From NCBI GenBank assembly GCA_965214995.1, contig CBDCCT010000002.1, positions 4,795,160 to 4,859,159 of the forward strand: 64,000 nucleotides of DNA, given 5' to 3'. The translations under genes and the position numbers were made by a program. The notes under the pieces are model-generated. The model ran no database searches. It was not told the DNA's origin and saw nothing but the letters and a program-made list of their open reading frames with translations. Of this stretch, positions 18,702 through 27,699 are shown one piece after another. Within the stretch, counting starts at the first letter, position 1, and each line of letters opens with the position of its first letter. This DNA is from Trueperaceae bacterium. GTDB lineage: Bacteria; Deinococcota; Deinococci; Deinococcales; Trueperaceae.

Positions 18702-19025
18702 CTACGTCCACTTCGCCCCCCACGCCCCCATCGCCTCAATCACGGGCCGCAGCGCCTCCCCGCGTTCGGTGAGCGTGTACTCGACCCTGGGCGGCACCTC
18801 GGGGTAGACGGTGCGTTCCAGAATCTCGTGGGCCTCGAGCTCCCTCAGCCTGTCCGTCAAGGTTTTAGGCGAGATGCCCGTGAGGCTCGAGCGTATCTCG
18901 CCAAAGCGCTTCGTGCCGCCCAGAAGCTCGCGCAAAATGAGCGTCGTCCACTTGCCCCCGATGATGTCCACCGTGCGCTCCACCACGCACTGTCCTTTGG
19001 TCTGCGCAAGTACGTCGTAACTCAT
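18702..19025 (-). CDS. HxlR-family (MarR-like wHTH) transcriptional regulator
   Basis: 'CVVERTVDIIGGKWTTLILRELLGGTKRFGEIRSSLTGISPKTLTDRLRELE'. Confidence 0.8.
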   Translation of the reverse strand: MSYDVLAQTKGQCVVERTVDIIGGKWTTLILRELLGGTKRFGEIRSSLTGISPKTLTDRLRELEAHEILERTVYPEVPPRVEYTLTERGEALRPVIEAMGAWGAKWT

Positions 19026-19081
19026 CTCATAAAGTATAGAGCCAAACCGGCGGGATGCCAACCCGAAGCTTCATCTTCGGT

Positions 19082-19117
19082 AAGTAGTTTGCTTTTTGGA
19101 TACTACTTCACAAGTGA
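19082..19117. promoter_or_regulatory. candidate HxlR operator: inverted repeats aagtagt-N13-actactt and tcacaagtga in divergent promoter region
   Basis: Perfect inverted repeats in the AT-rich spacer between the divergent HxlR gene and the NAD(P)H oxidoreductase gene. Confidence 0.35.
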
Positions 19118-19287
19118 AACTAAGAATGGTAGCCTTTCTTTACAAGGGACAGTTCGTGTGCCTCAGCTTGCGTACGATGGGGTACGTGGTGGCGAATTGC
19201 AGAACGCCTCACAAAACGAACTTAGACGACACTACAGACACATAAAGGAGCAGTCATGAGACAGTTTATTGTTCACGGGACCAAGTC

Positions 19288-19917
19288 GTGAAGCTCGCCG
19301 TTTTTGGGGCCACGGGCAAAACGGGGATTCCGCTTGTAAAGCAGGCGCTCGAGGCGGGGCACGAGGTCAAAGCTTTCGTCCGCTCTCCCGAAAAGATGCC
19401 CATAAAACACGAACGCCTGGAACTCGTCCAGGGCGACGCCACCGACCCCAAGGCGGTCGAGCGGGCGGTCGAGGGGACGGACGCGGTGCTGAGCGCTTTG
19501 GGTCACGCCAAGGGTTCGCCCGACGACGTGCAGACCGTCGCCACGCGCAACATCGTCGCGGCGATGAAGCGGCACAAGGTGGAGCGCATCGTCAGCCTCA
19601 CGGGCGCGGGCGTGAGCGACCCGCAAGACCGGCCCAAACTCACGGACCGCGCCATCAAGTTTCTACTCTCCACCCTCCAAAGAAGCGTGCTCACCGACGC
19701 CGAGAACCACGCCGACGTGCTCCGCAGGAGCGGCCTGGACTGGGTTATCGTGCGCGGCCCGATGCTGACCGAGGGCCCGCACACGGGCCGCTACAAAGTC
19801 GGCTACGTCGGCAAGAACAGCGGGATGCGCGCGTCGCGGGCGGACGTGGCCGACTTTATGCTCAAACAGCTCACCGACGACCGCTATTTGCACCAGGCCC
19901 CGATGGTGAGTTCTTAG
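19288..19917 (+). CDS. NAD(P)H-binding oxidoreductase (NmrA/SDR-a subfamily)
   Basis: 'MKLAVFGATGKTG' Rossmann start and ~209 aa. It is divergent from the HxlR regulator. Confidence 0.8.
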   Translation: MKLAVFGATGKTGIPLVKQALEAGHEVKAFVRSPEKMPIKHERLELVQGDATDPKAVERAVEGTDAVLSALGHAKGSPDDVQTVATRNIVAAMKRHKVERIVSLTGAGVSDPQDRPKLTDRAIKFLLSTLQRSVLTDAENHADVLRRSGLDWVIVRGPMLTEGPHTGRYKVGYVGKNSGMRASRADVADFMLKQLTDDRYLHQAPMVSS

Positions 19918-19918
19918 G

Positions 19919-20617
19919 ATGATGAACGAGACCAGAACAAAACCCATCGAGATTGACGTTTATGCGGACATGGTCTGCCCCTGGTGTTACGTCGGCGAGG
20001 CGCACTTGGAAGAGGCGCTCGCCGCGCGCCCCGAGCTGGACGTGACGCTGCGCTGGCACCCCTTTCAACTGCGGCCCGAGATGCCCGCCCAAGGCGAGCC
20101 CTGGCGCGCGTTTGCCGAGGAAAAGTTTGGCGGCTGGGCGGGGGCTAGAAGCGCATTTAAGCACGTGGCCGAGGTCGGCTCGAGGGCGGGCCTCACCTTT
20201 AATTTTGAAAAGGTGGCGAGCGCGCCCAACACCCTAGACGCGCACCGGCTCATTCTGATGGCGGCGGAACGGGACAAGGGAATGGAAGCGGCCAAGGCGC
20301 TTTTTGGGGCGTACTTTAGCGAGGGCCGCGACCTCAATAGCTTGGACGACCTCTTGGCGGTTGCGAAACGCGTGGGTCTGGAGGAGGAGGCGGTGCGCGC
20401 GTTTCTACGGAGCGACGCGGGCACGGCGGAGGTCTGGGCGAGTCAGGAGCGGGCGCATAGGCTGGGCGTCTCGAGCGTCCCCTTTTACGTCCTCAACAAC
20501 CAGTACGGCGTGTCGGGCGCGAGACCGCCCGAAGTCTTTTTGCAGGCTCTCGACACCGTACAGGCCGACATGTCACAACATGCGGCACAACGCACGACAG
20601 AAAAGGCGGGTATATGA
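19919..20617 (+). CDS. DsbA-family thiol oxidoreductase (FrnE-like)
   Basis: 'VCPWCY' CxxC motif inside a DsbA-like fold. Confidence 0.8.
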   Translation: MMNETRTKPIEIDVYADMVCPWCYVGEAHLEEALAARPELDVTLRWHPFQLRPEMPAQGEPWRAFAEEKFGGWAGARSAFKHVAEVGSRAGLTFNFEKVASAPNTLDAHRLILMAAERDKGMEAAKALFGAYFSEGRDLNSLDDLLAVAKRVGLEEEAVRAFLRSDAGTAEVWASQERAHRLGVSSVPFYVLNNQYGVSGARPPEVFLQALDTVQADMSQHAAQRTTEKAGI

Positions 20618-21576
20618 AAGCGGTGGTGCTCACCAAATTCGGCGGCCCTGAGGGTTTTGAGATGCAAGAACTCGAGCGCCCCGCCCCCGGCGCGAACGAG
20701 GTGCTGGTCAAGGTCCACGCCACCTCGGTCAACCCCGCCGACGCGGGCGTGCGTTCGGGCATGTTCGGACGGATGATGCAGCCCCCTGTTGTGCTCGGTT
20801 ACGACGTGGCGGGCACCGTCGAGGAGGTGGGCGCGGGCGTCGAGGGGTTCGCACCCGGCGACGCGGTCTACTACGCTATCGACCTCATGGACAGGCGCGG
20901 CGGCGCGAACGCCGAGTATCAGCTCACGCGCGCGGACAAGCTCGTTAAAAAGCCCGAAAATCTGTCCTTTGCCGAGGCCGCGGCGGTGCCCGTGGCCGGG
21001 GGCACCGCCTACGCGGCGCTTCTCACCGCGGCGGACGTGCGGCTCGGGCAAAGCGTGCTCGTCCACGGCGGCGCGGGCGGCGTGGGCCACTACGCGGTGC
21101 AGCTCGCCAAGGCGGCGGGGGCTTATGTGTTCGCCACCTGCGGGGGCTACGACGCCAACTTTGTCAAGTCCTTGGGTGCCGACCGGGTGATTGACTACCG
21201 CAACGAAGATTTTGTGGAGGTCGTGAACGACGAAACAGACGGCGAGGGCGTGGACGTGGCGCTCGACGCCGCCGGGGGCAAACTCGCCGCCAAGAGCATC
21301 AGCGCGGTTAAGATGAGCGGGCAGATTGTGACCATCACGGGCGCGCAGGGCGACCTGAACCCGGCCATGCGCAAGAACATCACGGTGCGGTTTGTACATT
21401 TGGAAGATACGCGGGACAAGCTCGAGAAGCTCCGCGTCCTCCTCGAGCGCGGCCAAATAAGGTCGGTCGTCGGCGCGACCTATCCTTTGGAAAAGCTCGG
21501 CGAGGCGCACACCCGAGTCGAGAAGGGCGGCGAGGGGCTGCGCGGCAAGGTGGTCGTGGAGGTTGCCCAGGCGTGA
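20614..21576 (+). CDS. zinc-type alcohol dehydrogenase/quinone oxidoreductase (MDR family)
   Basis: 'MKAVVLTKFGGPEGFEMQELERP' start and NAD(P) motif 'VLVHGGAGGVGHYAVQLAK'. Confidence 0.8.
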   Translation: MKAVVLTKFGGPEGFEMQELERPAPGANEVLVKVHATSVNPADAGVRSGMFGRMMQPPVVLGYDVAGTVEEVGAGVEGFAPGDAVYYAIDLMDRRGGANAEYQLTRADKLVKKPENLSFAEAAAVPVAGGTAYAALLTAADVRLGQSVLVHGGAGGVGHYAVQLAKAAGAYVFATCGGYDANFVKSLGADRVIDYRNEDFVEVVNDETDGEGVDVALDAAGGKLAAKSISAVKMSGQIVTITGAQGDLNPAMRKNITVRFVHLEDTRDKLEKLRVLLERGQIRSVVGATYPLEKLGEAHTRVEKGGEGLRGKVVVEVAQA

Positions 21577-21721
21577 CCGCCCAGCGTCAAGGCGGCTAGA
21601 GCAGCAGCCTCTTAATTAAAGGCCGTTGGTGGACGAGCACGTTCACAATTTTCCTCGTGAGGGGTCGGGAATTGAAAGAAACGCAACCCAGCTGCGAGGC
21701 TCTTAAACCCAAACTAACAGG

Positions 21722-22384
21722 GTGAGCACCTTCTGGCACGGCTTCCGGGCCGTTACGCCCCTCTGGCTCGGCATGATTCCTTTTGGCCTCGCCTACGCGG
21801 TCACGGCGCGGGGGGCGGGGCTCAGCCTTTTCGAGACGCAACTGATGAGCCTCATCGTCTTCTCGGGCGGCGCGCAGTTTAGCGCGGCGGGGCTCCTCGC
21901 CGCCGGGGCGAGCGGGGTCGGGGTGGTGCTGACCACCTTTCTTATCAACCTCCGCCACCTCCTTTACGGGCTTTCGCTGGGGCAACGGGTGAAGCTTAAC
22001 GGGCCCCAGAAACTTGCCGCCGCCTACTTTTTGACCGACGAAGCCTTTGGTGTGACCTTGGTGAGTGGTCAGAGCCGCGTGGGCTATTTGTTTGGCGCGG
22101 AAGGGAGCGTATTCGTCGTGTGGAACCTCAGCACGTTTGTGGGGGGCCTGCTGAGTAGCGCCGTGCCCGCGCCCGAATCTTTGGGCGTAGATTTCGTGTT
22201 TCCGCTCGCCTTTCTGGCGCTGCTCATCCCCCTCTTGAAGGGTGTCAAGGAGGTCGGCGTCGCCCTGGTCGCGGGCCTCGCCGCGTTAGGGCTTTCGCAG
22301 GTCCTGAGCAGCGGCCTGGCCGTGCTCGTCACGGGCGTCGGGGGTGCCCTTCTCGGCGCTCTGTGGTCGCGGGAGAACGCATGA
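21722..22384 (+). CDS. azlC: AzlC-family branched-chain amino acid exporter subunit
   Basis: Membrane protein whose N-terminus 'PLWLGMIPFGLAYAV' is AzlC-like. Confidence 0.7.
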   Translation: MSTFWHGFRAVTPLWLGMIPFGLAYAVTARGAGLSLFETQLMSLIVFSGGAQFSAAGLLAAGASGVGVVLTTFLINLRHLLYGLSLGQRVKLNGPQKLAAAYFLTDEAFGVTLVSGQSRVGYLFGAEGSVFVVWNLSTFVGGLLSSAVPAPESLGVDFVFPLAFLALLIPLLKGVKEVGVALVAGLAALGLSQVLSSGLAVLVTGVGGALLGALWSRENA

Positions 22385-22668
22385 GCGCGCTAATCATTTT
22401 CATGGCGCTCGTGACCTACGGGCCGCGCCTGTTGGGTTTTTTACTTTCAGGGCGAGACCTGTCGGGGTTCTGGCGGCGCTTTTTGCACTTTGTGCCCGTC
22501 GCGGTTTTTGCGGCGCTCACCGCTCCGGCGCTTCCGGGCGAGCGAGGCGAAGGGGGCGTCAGGCTGCTCGCGGCCGTGCTGGCGGGGTTGGTGCTGTGGC
22601 GCGTTGGGAGTCTGTGGTTGGGCATCCTGGTGGGAATGTCGGGCTTTTGGCTGCTGCGGGCGCTGTGA
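22381..22668 (+). CDS. azlD: AzlD-family small membrane protein
   Basis: About 95 aa with 3 TM helices. It overlaps the azlC stop. Confidence 0.65.
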   Translation: MSALIIFMALVTYGPRLLGFLLSGRDLSGFWRRFLHFVPVAVFAALTAPALPGERGEGGVRLLAAVLAGLVLWRVGSLWLGILVGMSGFWLLRAL

Positions 22669-22711
22669 GGGTGCTCGTCTACTCAGCGACGCCCAAAGCT
22701 GCACAAACGAA

Positions 22712-23083
22712 CTAGAGACGCAGCGCCTTTGAAGCTTTGGACACGCCCTTGTGCCGCCTGAGTTTGGCGCGGCGCTCGAGCGGCAGCGCGGGCTGCTCGG
22801 AAAGTTTTTGGGTCACCACCAGCGTGACCTGATATTGGGCGCCCTCGAAGCGCGACGAGAGGAGTTCGACGTCCACCTCGGGCCGGTGATCGAGGATATA
22901 GGAAGGAATTTGCAGCGCGCAAAACTTGTCGCCCGTGACCTTGACGAAAAAAAGGTCCGTCTTGCGCCGTCCCGCCGCGAAACCCACCGCCAGGTCAAGT
23001 TCGGTGGCGATGGCGCGGATGTCCTCGCGCACGCTCTCGTCTACGTCGGTAAACGGTTCAACAGCTCTTTCCATACCCAACAT
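22712..23083 (-). CDS. hypothetical protein
   Basis: 123-aa ORF with matching codon usage. No family recognised. Confidence 0.4.
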   Translation of the reverse strand: MLGMERAVEPFTDVDESVREDIRAIATELDLAVGFAAGRRKTDLFFVKVTGDKFCALQIPSYILDHRPEVDVELLSSRFEGAQYQVTLVVTQKLSEQPALPLERRAKLRRHKGVSKASKALRL

Positions 23084-23234
23084 CCCCGCCAGTTTAGCAT
23101 AAACGTCCGCCCGGCTCTTGCGTCTGAGCTTTGCCTAGCTAACGGGGCGATCCGAGCAGCCCTCCGGCTCCCCCTCAAACACTGTGGGTATCTTTGATGC
23201 ACGTGCTATAGCTATGGGCAAAACGAGTTTGAGT

Positions 23235-24293
23235 TTAGCCCAGCCTCTCGAGCACCGCCCCCGTAAACACCTCGGTAGACGCCTCTCCCCCTAAGTCTCT
23301 GGTGAGTACATCGCCCGCCTCGAGCACCCTCTCGACCGCCCCCAGCATCGCCCCAGCCGCCTCCTTTTGCCCTAAGTGTTCGAGCATCATGCCCGCCGTC
23401 CAGATGGCCGCCACGGGATTGGCGACGCCCTGCCCCGCGATGTCGGGGGCGGAGCCGTGAACGGGCTCGAACATGCTGGGGTAGACGCGCTCCGGGTTGA
23501 TGTTGCCGCCCGGCGCGACGCCCATGCCGCCCACCACGGCGGGGCCTAAGTCGGAGAGGATGTCGCCGAAGAGGTTGCTCGCCACCACCACGTCGAAGCT
23601 CTCGGGACGCCCCACGAAATGCGCCGCTAAGATATCGATGTGGTACTGGTCGGTCTTTACGTCGGGATAGTCTTGACCGACCGCGCGGAAGCGTTCGTCC
23701 CAGAAGGGCATGGTGTGAATGATGCCGTTGGACTTCGTGGCAGAGGTCAGATATTTGCCCCGTGACCGCGCCAACTCAAAGGCGTAGCGCATCACCCGGT
23801 CCACACCGCGTTTTGTAAAAATCGCTTGCTGCACGACGGTTTCATGCTCGGTGCCTTCGTAAAGCCGTCCGCCGATTTCGGAATATTCGCCCTCGTTGTT
23901 CTCGCGCACGATGTAAAAGTCGATGTCGCCGGGTTTTATTTTCTTGAGGGGCGATTCGATACCCCGCAAGAGCCTTACCGGGCGCAGGTTCACGTACTGC
24001 TCGAAAGCGCGCCGGATGGGGATTAAAAGCCCCCAGAGCGAGACGTGGTCGGGCACGCTAGGGTCGCCCACCGCGCCCAAGAAGATGGCGTCGGAGTCGC
24101 GCAGGCGCTCGAGCCCGTCCTCGGGCATCATGCGCCCCGTGTCGCGGTAGTGGGCGCAGGAATAGGGGAAGGTCTCGTAATGGAGCCCAAAGCCGTGCGT
24201 CGCCGCAACTTTATCGAGCACCCGCACGGACGCGGGGATGACTTCGTTGCCGATGCCGTCACCCGGAATGAGGGCGATGCGGTAGGTGGTCAT
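23235..24293 (-). CDS. tartrate dehydrogenase/decarboxylase (isocitrate/isopropylmalate dehydrogenase family)
   Basis: 'YRIALIPGDGIGNEV' N-terminus, ~352 aa, with TDH-like motifs. Confidence 0.75.
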   Translation of the reverse strand: MTTYRIALIPGDGIGNEVIPASVRVLDKVAATHGFGLHYETFPYSCAHYRDTGRMMPEDGLERLRDSDAIFLGAVGDPSVPDHVSLWGLLIPIRRAFEQYVNLRPVRLLRGIESPLKKIKPGDIDFYIVRENNEGEYSEIGGRLYEGTEHETVVQQAIFTKRGVDRVMRYAFELARSRGKYLTSATKSNGIIHTMPFWDERFRAVGQDYPDVKTDQYHIDILAAHFVGRPESFDVVVASNLFGDILSDLGPAVVGGMGVAPGGNINPERVYPSMFEPVHGSAPDIAGQGVANPVAAIWTAGMMLEHLGQKEAAGAMLGAVERVLEAGDVLTRDLGGEASTEVFTGAVLERLG

Positions 24294-24325
24294 ATGGAAC
24301 CTACTTTCACAGGTCGGGCCTTTTT

Positions 24326-25495
24326 TTAAGCACGAGCTTCAAAGGTGCGCGTAAAGAGGTCGTAAAGTTTCTCGTTCGCCTCAAAGCCGATGCCCGGCGC
24401 GTCGGCTAAAGAAACCGTGCCGTTCTCGACGGGGGTGCTTTCCGGAAAAGAGCCAAAGGGCGCGAACACTTCGGGATAGGCTTCATTACCGCCCAGCCCT
24501 AGGCCCGCCGCGATATGGAGCGCAAAGGCGTGGCCCCCGTGCGGGATGCAGCGTTCGCGCGACCAGCCGTGGGTTGACAAAACCTCCAACATCCTCAGAT
24601 ATTCGACGAGCCCGTAAGAAAGCACCGGGTCCATCTGCAACACGTCGCGGTCGGGGCGCAGGCGGGCGTAGCGGAGCAAGTTGCGCACATCCTGGTGCGA
24701 AAAGAGGTTTTCGCCTGTTGCCAGCGGGGGGGCGTAGTCTTCGCTCAGGGCCGCTTGCAGGGCGTAGTCGAGCGGGTCGCCCGCTTCTTCAAACCATCTC
24801 AGGCCGTAGGGCTCGAGCGCCGCTGCAAAGTGAAGCGCCTCCCGCAGGTTCAGCCTGCCGTTCGCGTCCACCGCGAGGCGCGCGGGGTCGCCCACGAGGT
24901 CTAGCACGGCTTCGATTCGCTTTATATCTTCACCCAGCGTCGCGCCGCCTATTTTCATCTTAACGGTCGTGAACCCTTGCGCCAAATAGCCCCGCATCTC
25001 CTCACGAAGGGTGTCCAAACTTTTGGACTCGTGATAATAACCGCCCGCCGCGTAGACCGCGACCTTTTGCCCCGGCTCGCCCTTCCCGTAACGCTCGGCT
25101 AAGAGGGTGGCGAGGGGTTTGTGCTCGAGCTTGCCAGCCAAGTCCCAAAGCGCCATGTCGAGCACGCCCACCGCCACGGAGCGCTCCCCGTGTCCGCCGG
25201 GCTTTTCGTCTCTCATCATGACGTCCCAAGCTTTATGGGGAGATAACGCGCCATCTTCAAGTAGTGATGCAGGGTCCGACGCCAGGAGTCTGGGGATAAA
25301 CCGTTCGTTTAACAAGCCCGACTGGGCGTAGCGTCCGTTCGAGTTAAAGCCGTACCCCACGACGGGACGACCGTCTCCCTCCACGTCGATGCTTACTTTC
25401 ACCACCGACACGGTCATGTTGGCAAAGCTCACATAGGCGTTGCGGATGCCTGAAGCGATGGACACAGGGCGTTCTTCGATTGAGAGAATATGCAT
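24326..25495 (-). CDS. enolase-superfamily (mandelate racemase/muconate lactonizing enzyme-like) protein, possibly tartrate/acid-sugar dehydratase
   Basis: 389 aa with an MR/MLE-type barrel region ('KMKIGGATLGEDIKRIEAV' and 'AVDANGRLN'). It lies next to the tartrate dehydrogenase. Confidence 0.6.
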   Translation of the reverse strand: MHILSIEERPVSIASGIRNAYVSFANMTVSVVKVSIDVEGDGRPVVGYGFNSNGRYAQSGLLNERFIPRLLASDPASLLEDGALSPHKAWDVMMRDEKPGGHGERSVAVGVLDMALWDLAGKLEHKPLATLLAERYGKGEPGQKVAVYAAGGYYHESKSLDTLREEMRGYLAQGFTTVKMKIGGATLGEDIKRIEAVLDLVGDPARLAVDANGRLNLREALHFAAALEPYGLRWFEEAGDPLDYALQAALSEDYAPPLATGENLFSHQDVRNLLRYARLRPDRDVLQMDPVLSYGLVEYLRMLEVLSTHGWSRERCIPHGGHAFALHIAAGLGLGGNEAYPEVFAPFGSFPESTPVENGTVSLADAPGIGFEANEKLYDLFTRTFEARA

Positions 25496-25505
25496 AAGGT
25501 GGCTT

Positions 25506-26828
25506 CTAATTTTTGCTAAGCTGCTTTTTCCTGTTCAAGATTCTTGAAGTGCTAACTTTCGGAACTGAACCCTGCCTTTGTTCACTCATAGCCCTCTCCC
25601 AACTAAGTGCCGTTATGTAATCGGGAGACCTGTCCATAAGGGCGTGATAGGTACCAACGTTAGGTTTTAAATCTTGTAGCCTCAGTTCTCGGTACCAGGA
25701 AAGCGCTGTAGAGTAGTCGGGCGACTCGCTAATAAGTTGATTGTATGTTGCCCGATTAGGCTGAAATCCCGTTAATAACATAACATTGAAGTGCTTGATC
25801 TTGTCTTCATACGTATCAGCAACGTTTATAAGTGCATTATAGACTTTAACGGTAGGGTCTATTCCTTTTGCCTGCAATTCGTTGAACAAATGTATGGCCG
25901 CATCGTGATCCTCAACCTCGTTTATTTGTCTTACACATTTAGAGCGGAAGAAGCTAGCTATTGTGTCAAAACAGCTATTCTCGGAAGCTCGACACAGCTC
26001 GAAGATCTCTTCATCTGAGGGAGCACTCTCTAAAAGACGCCGAAACACTTTTGAGTGTATACGGATACCTCTATTTTCAGCCTCATAATAGAAGCTCTTG
26101 GCTATATTGTAGTTACTTGCGCTATCAATCAATAACTCGTAGGTCTTGCGCCTAGGTTCCAGACCTAAAGAGTTTAGTTGACTATACCAAAAGTTCCTAG
26201 ATTTTTGATCTGGCGACTGTTTGATTAGCCATGTAAACGTGTTAGTACTAGGGGGATGGTTTAGTGTTAGCTTATCTAGCCAGAATAAGGCCGTAGCGTA
26301 ATTGGGTGATACTTTAATCAACAAGTTGTAAGTCCCTCTGGTAGGTACCAGTTTCCGTTTATCAACGACTGAGTACCAATTTACAGCGGTTTGGTATTCA
26401 GCGGAGGCGTTTATCAGAGAATTGTACGTGTTTATGTTGGGCTGTAAACCAGAGTTTACTAATTTCCTGAACCAAGTGACAGCTTCTTCATAACTCTTAG
26501 CATTGTTAATACGGTGGTTATAGGAACCTATGGTCCTCTGTCGTTTTTCTGACTCTTCTTGTGGTGTTGCGCTAAGAGTTGAGCGCATCTTCCATGCCGC
26601 ACTGAAAATGTGCACAGCGAATATAAGCTTAGAAACTTTCAATCCATGACTCTCTAAATTTTCGAGGTCTGCCATCCATTCTTTATGCCAGCGCTCACGC
26701 TGCGTTTTAGGTAATAAACGGGAAGCACGGTTAATCAGGACTTCTGCAAGCCAAGATGCCCCGCCAGATATTTCAATGACAGCTAACGAGGCAAAAATAC
26801 CGATAATTACCCCCTCCACTGATGTCAT
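25506..26828 (-). CDS. membrane-anchored PPR-like helical-repeat protein (low-GC island)
   Basis: N-terminal TM helix followed by at least 8 copies of a ~32-aa repeat 'G(L/I).PN..TYN.LI.......Y..A..W(Y/F)..L'. GC is about 45% against about 67% for the background. Confidence 0.65.
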   Translation of the reverse strand: MTSVEGVIIGIFASLAVIEISGGASWLAEVLINRASRLLPKTQRERWHKEWMADLENLESHGLKVSKLIFAVHIFSAAWKMRSTLSATPQEESEKRQRTIGSYNHRINNAKSYEEAVTWFRKLVNSGLQPNINTYNSLINASAEYQTAVNWYSVVDKRKLVPTRGTYNLLIKVSPNYATALFWLDKLTLNHPPSTNTFTWLIKQSPDQKSRNFWYSQLNSLGLEPRRKTYELLIDSASNYNIAKSFYYEAENRGIRIHSKVFRRLLESAPSDEEIFELCRASENSCFDTIASFFRSKCVRQINEVEDHDAAIHLFNELQAKGIDPTVKVYNALINVADTYEDKIKHFNVMLLTGFQPNRATYNQLISESPDYSTALSWYRELRLQDLKPNVGTYHALMDRSPDYITALSWERAMSEQRQGSVPKVSTSRILNRKKQLSKN

Positions 26829-27139
26829 TAGAGAGCCACCCCCAACTTGTTAAACAACTGCCTCTCGCTTTCGAGAACCATTCTTGCGCGTAATATTCCC
26901 TCTGGTGTTAATCTGTAGTAACGCCTCCGTCTGCGGCCTTTCTCACTTTCATCAATATCTTCCCAATCGCTCGTCACCCACTTCCTTCCTTCCCAACGTG
27001 CTAGTAAGGGGTAAAGGGTGCCTGCCAACACACCTGTCTCTCTAATAATTTCTAAGCCGTATCTATCGCTATTTGGCTGTTGCATCATAAAGGCAAGCAC
27101 TTGCAACTCTTGAAGTGAGGGTCTATAGTTTCGCGCCAT
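26828..27139 (-). CDS. PadR-family transcriptional regulator (low-GC island)
   Basis: 'GYEIIRETGVLAGTLYPLLARWE' wHTH. It shares the low GC of the downstream gene. Confidence 0.8.
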   Translation of the reverse strand: MARNYRPSLQELQVLAFMMQQPNSDRYGLEIIRETGVLAGTLYPLLARWEGRKWVTSDWEDIDESEKGRRRRRYYRLTPEGILRARMVLESERQLFNKLGVAL

Positions 27140-27246
27140 ATACTTTTCCTATCACAAAGACCTTTATGTTGCCCATGCTCGAAATTCTATAATGGGTTTG
27201 TTGCGTTTGTCAATAATGAAGATTGAATTCAGTACCGCGGGAAGTC

Positions 27247-27699
27247 TCAAAGGAATATCCCCCTGGGCAGCGGCACGAACAGGACCCTCGAGAAAACCAG
27301 ATACAGCGCCACCACCTCGACGATGATGATGCCGAGCCACACGCCGATGTTCGCCACGCTCACCTTGCGGTTCATGCGCGCCATGAAGAGGGTGATGACG
27401 AGGAAGGCGAGGGTGCTCGAGACGACAAAGCCCAAATACCGCATCCCCAACACCCAGGCGAACAAGACGCCGCCGACCACCGCAATGCGGTCGAGCCGCT
27501 CGCCCTCGAAAAGCGCCATCATCTCCGGCCTGATGAAACCTTTGACGAGTAGAGCCACGGAGAAAAACAGCATGAACAGCAGAATAGCGTTGGGAAACAC
27601 GGAACTGAGCATCCCGACATTGCCGCGCGCGAAGTAAAAGAGGGCGGTGATGGCGAGGCCTACGACGCCGCTCAAAAGGTCGGTATTGACCGCCCTCAC
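27247..27699 (-). CDS. tctB: tripartite tricarboxylate transporter TctB small permease
   Basis: 150 aa with 4 TM helices. It overlaps tctA by 4 nt. Confidence 0.7.
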   Translation of the reverse strand: MRAVNTDLLSGVVGLAITALFYFARGNVGMLSSVFPNAILLFMLFFSVALLVKGFIRPEMMALFEGERLDRIAVVGGVLFAWVLGMRYLGFVVSSTLAFLVITLFMARMNRKVSVANIGVWLGIIIVEVVALYLVFSRVLFVPLPRGIFL

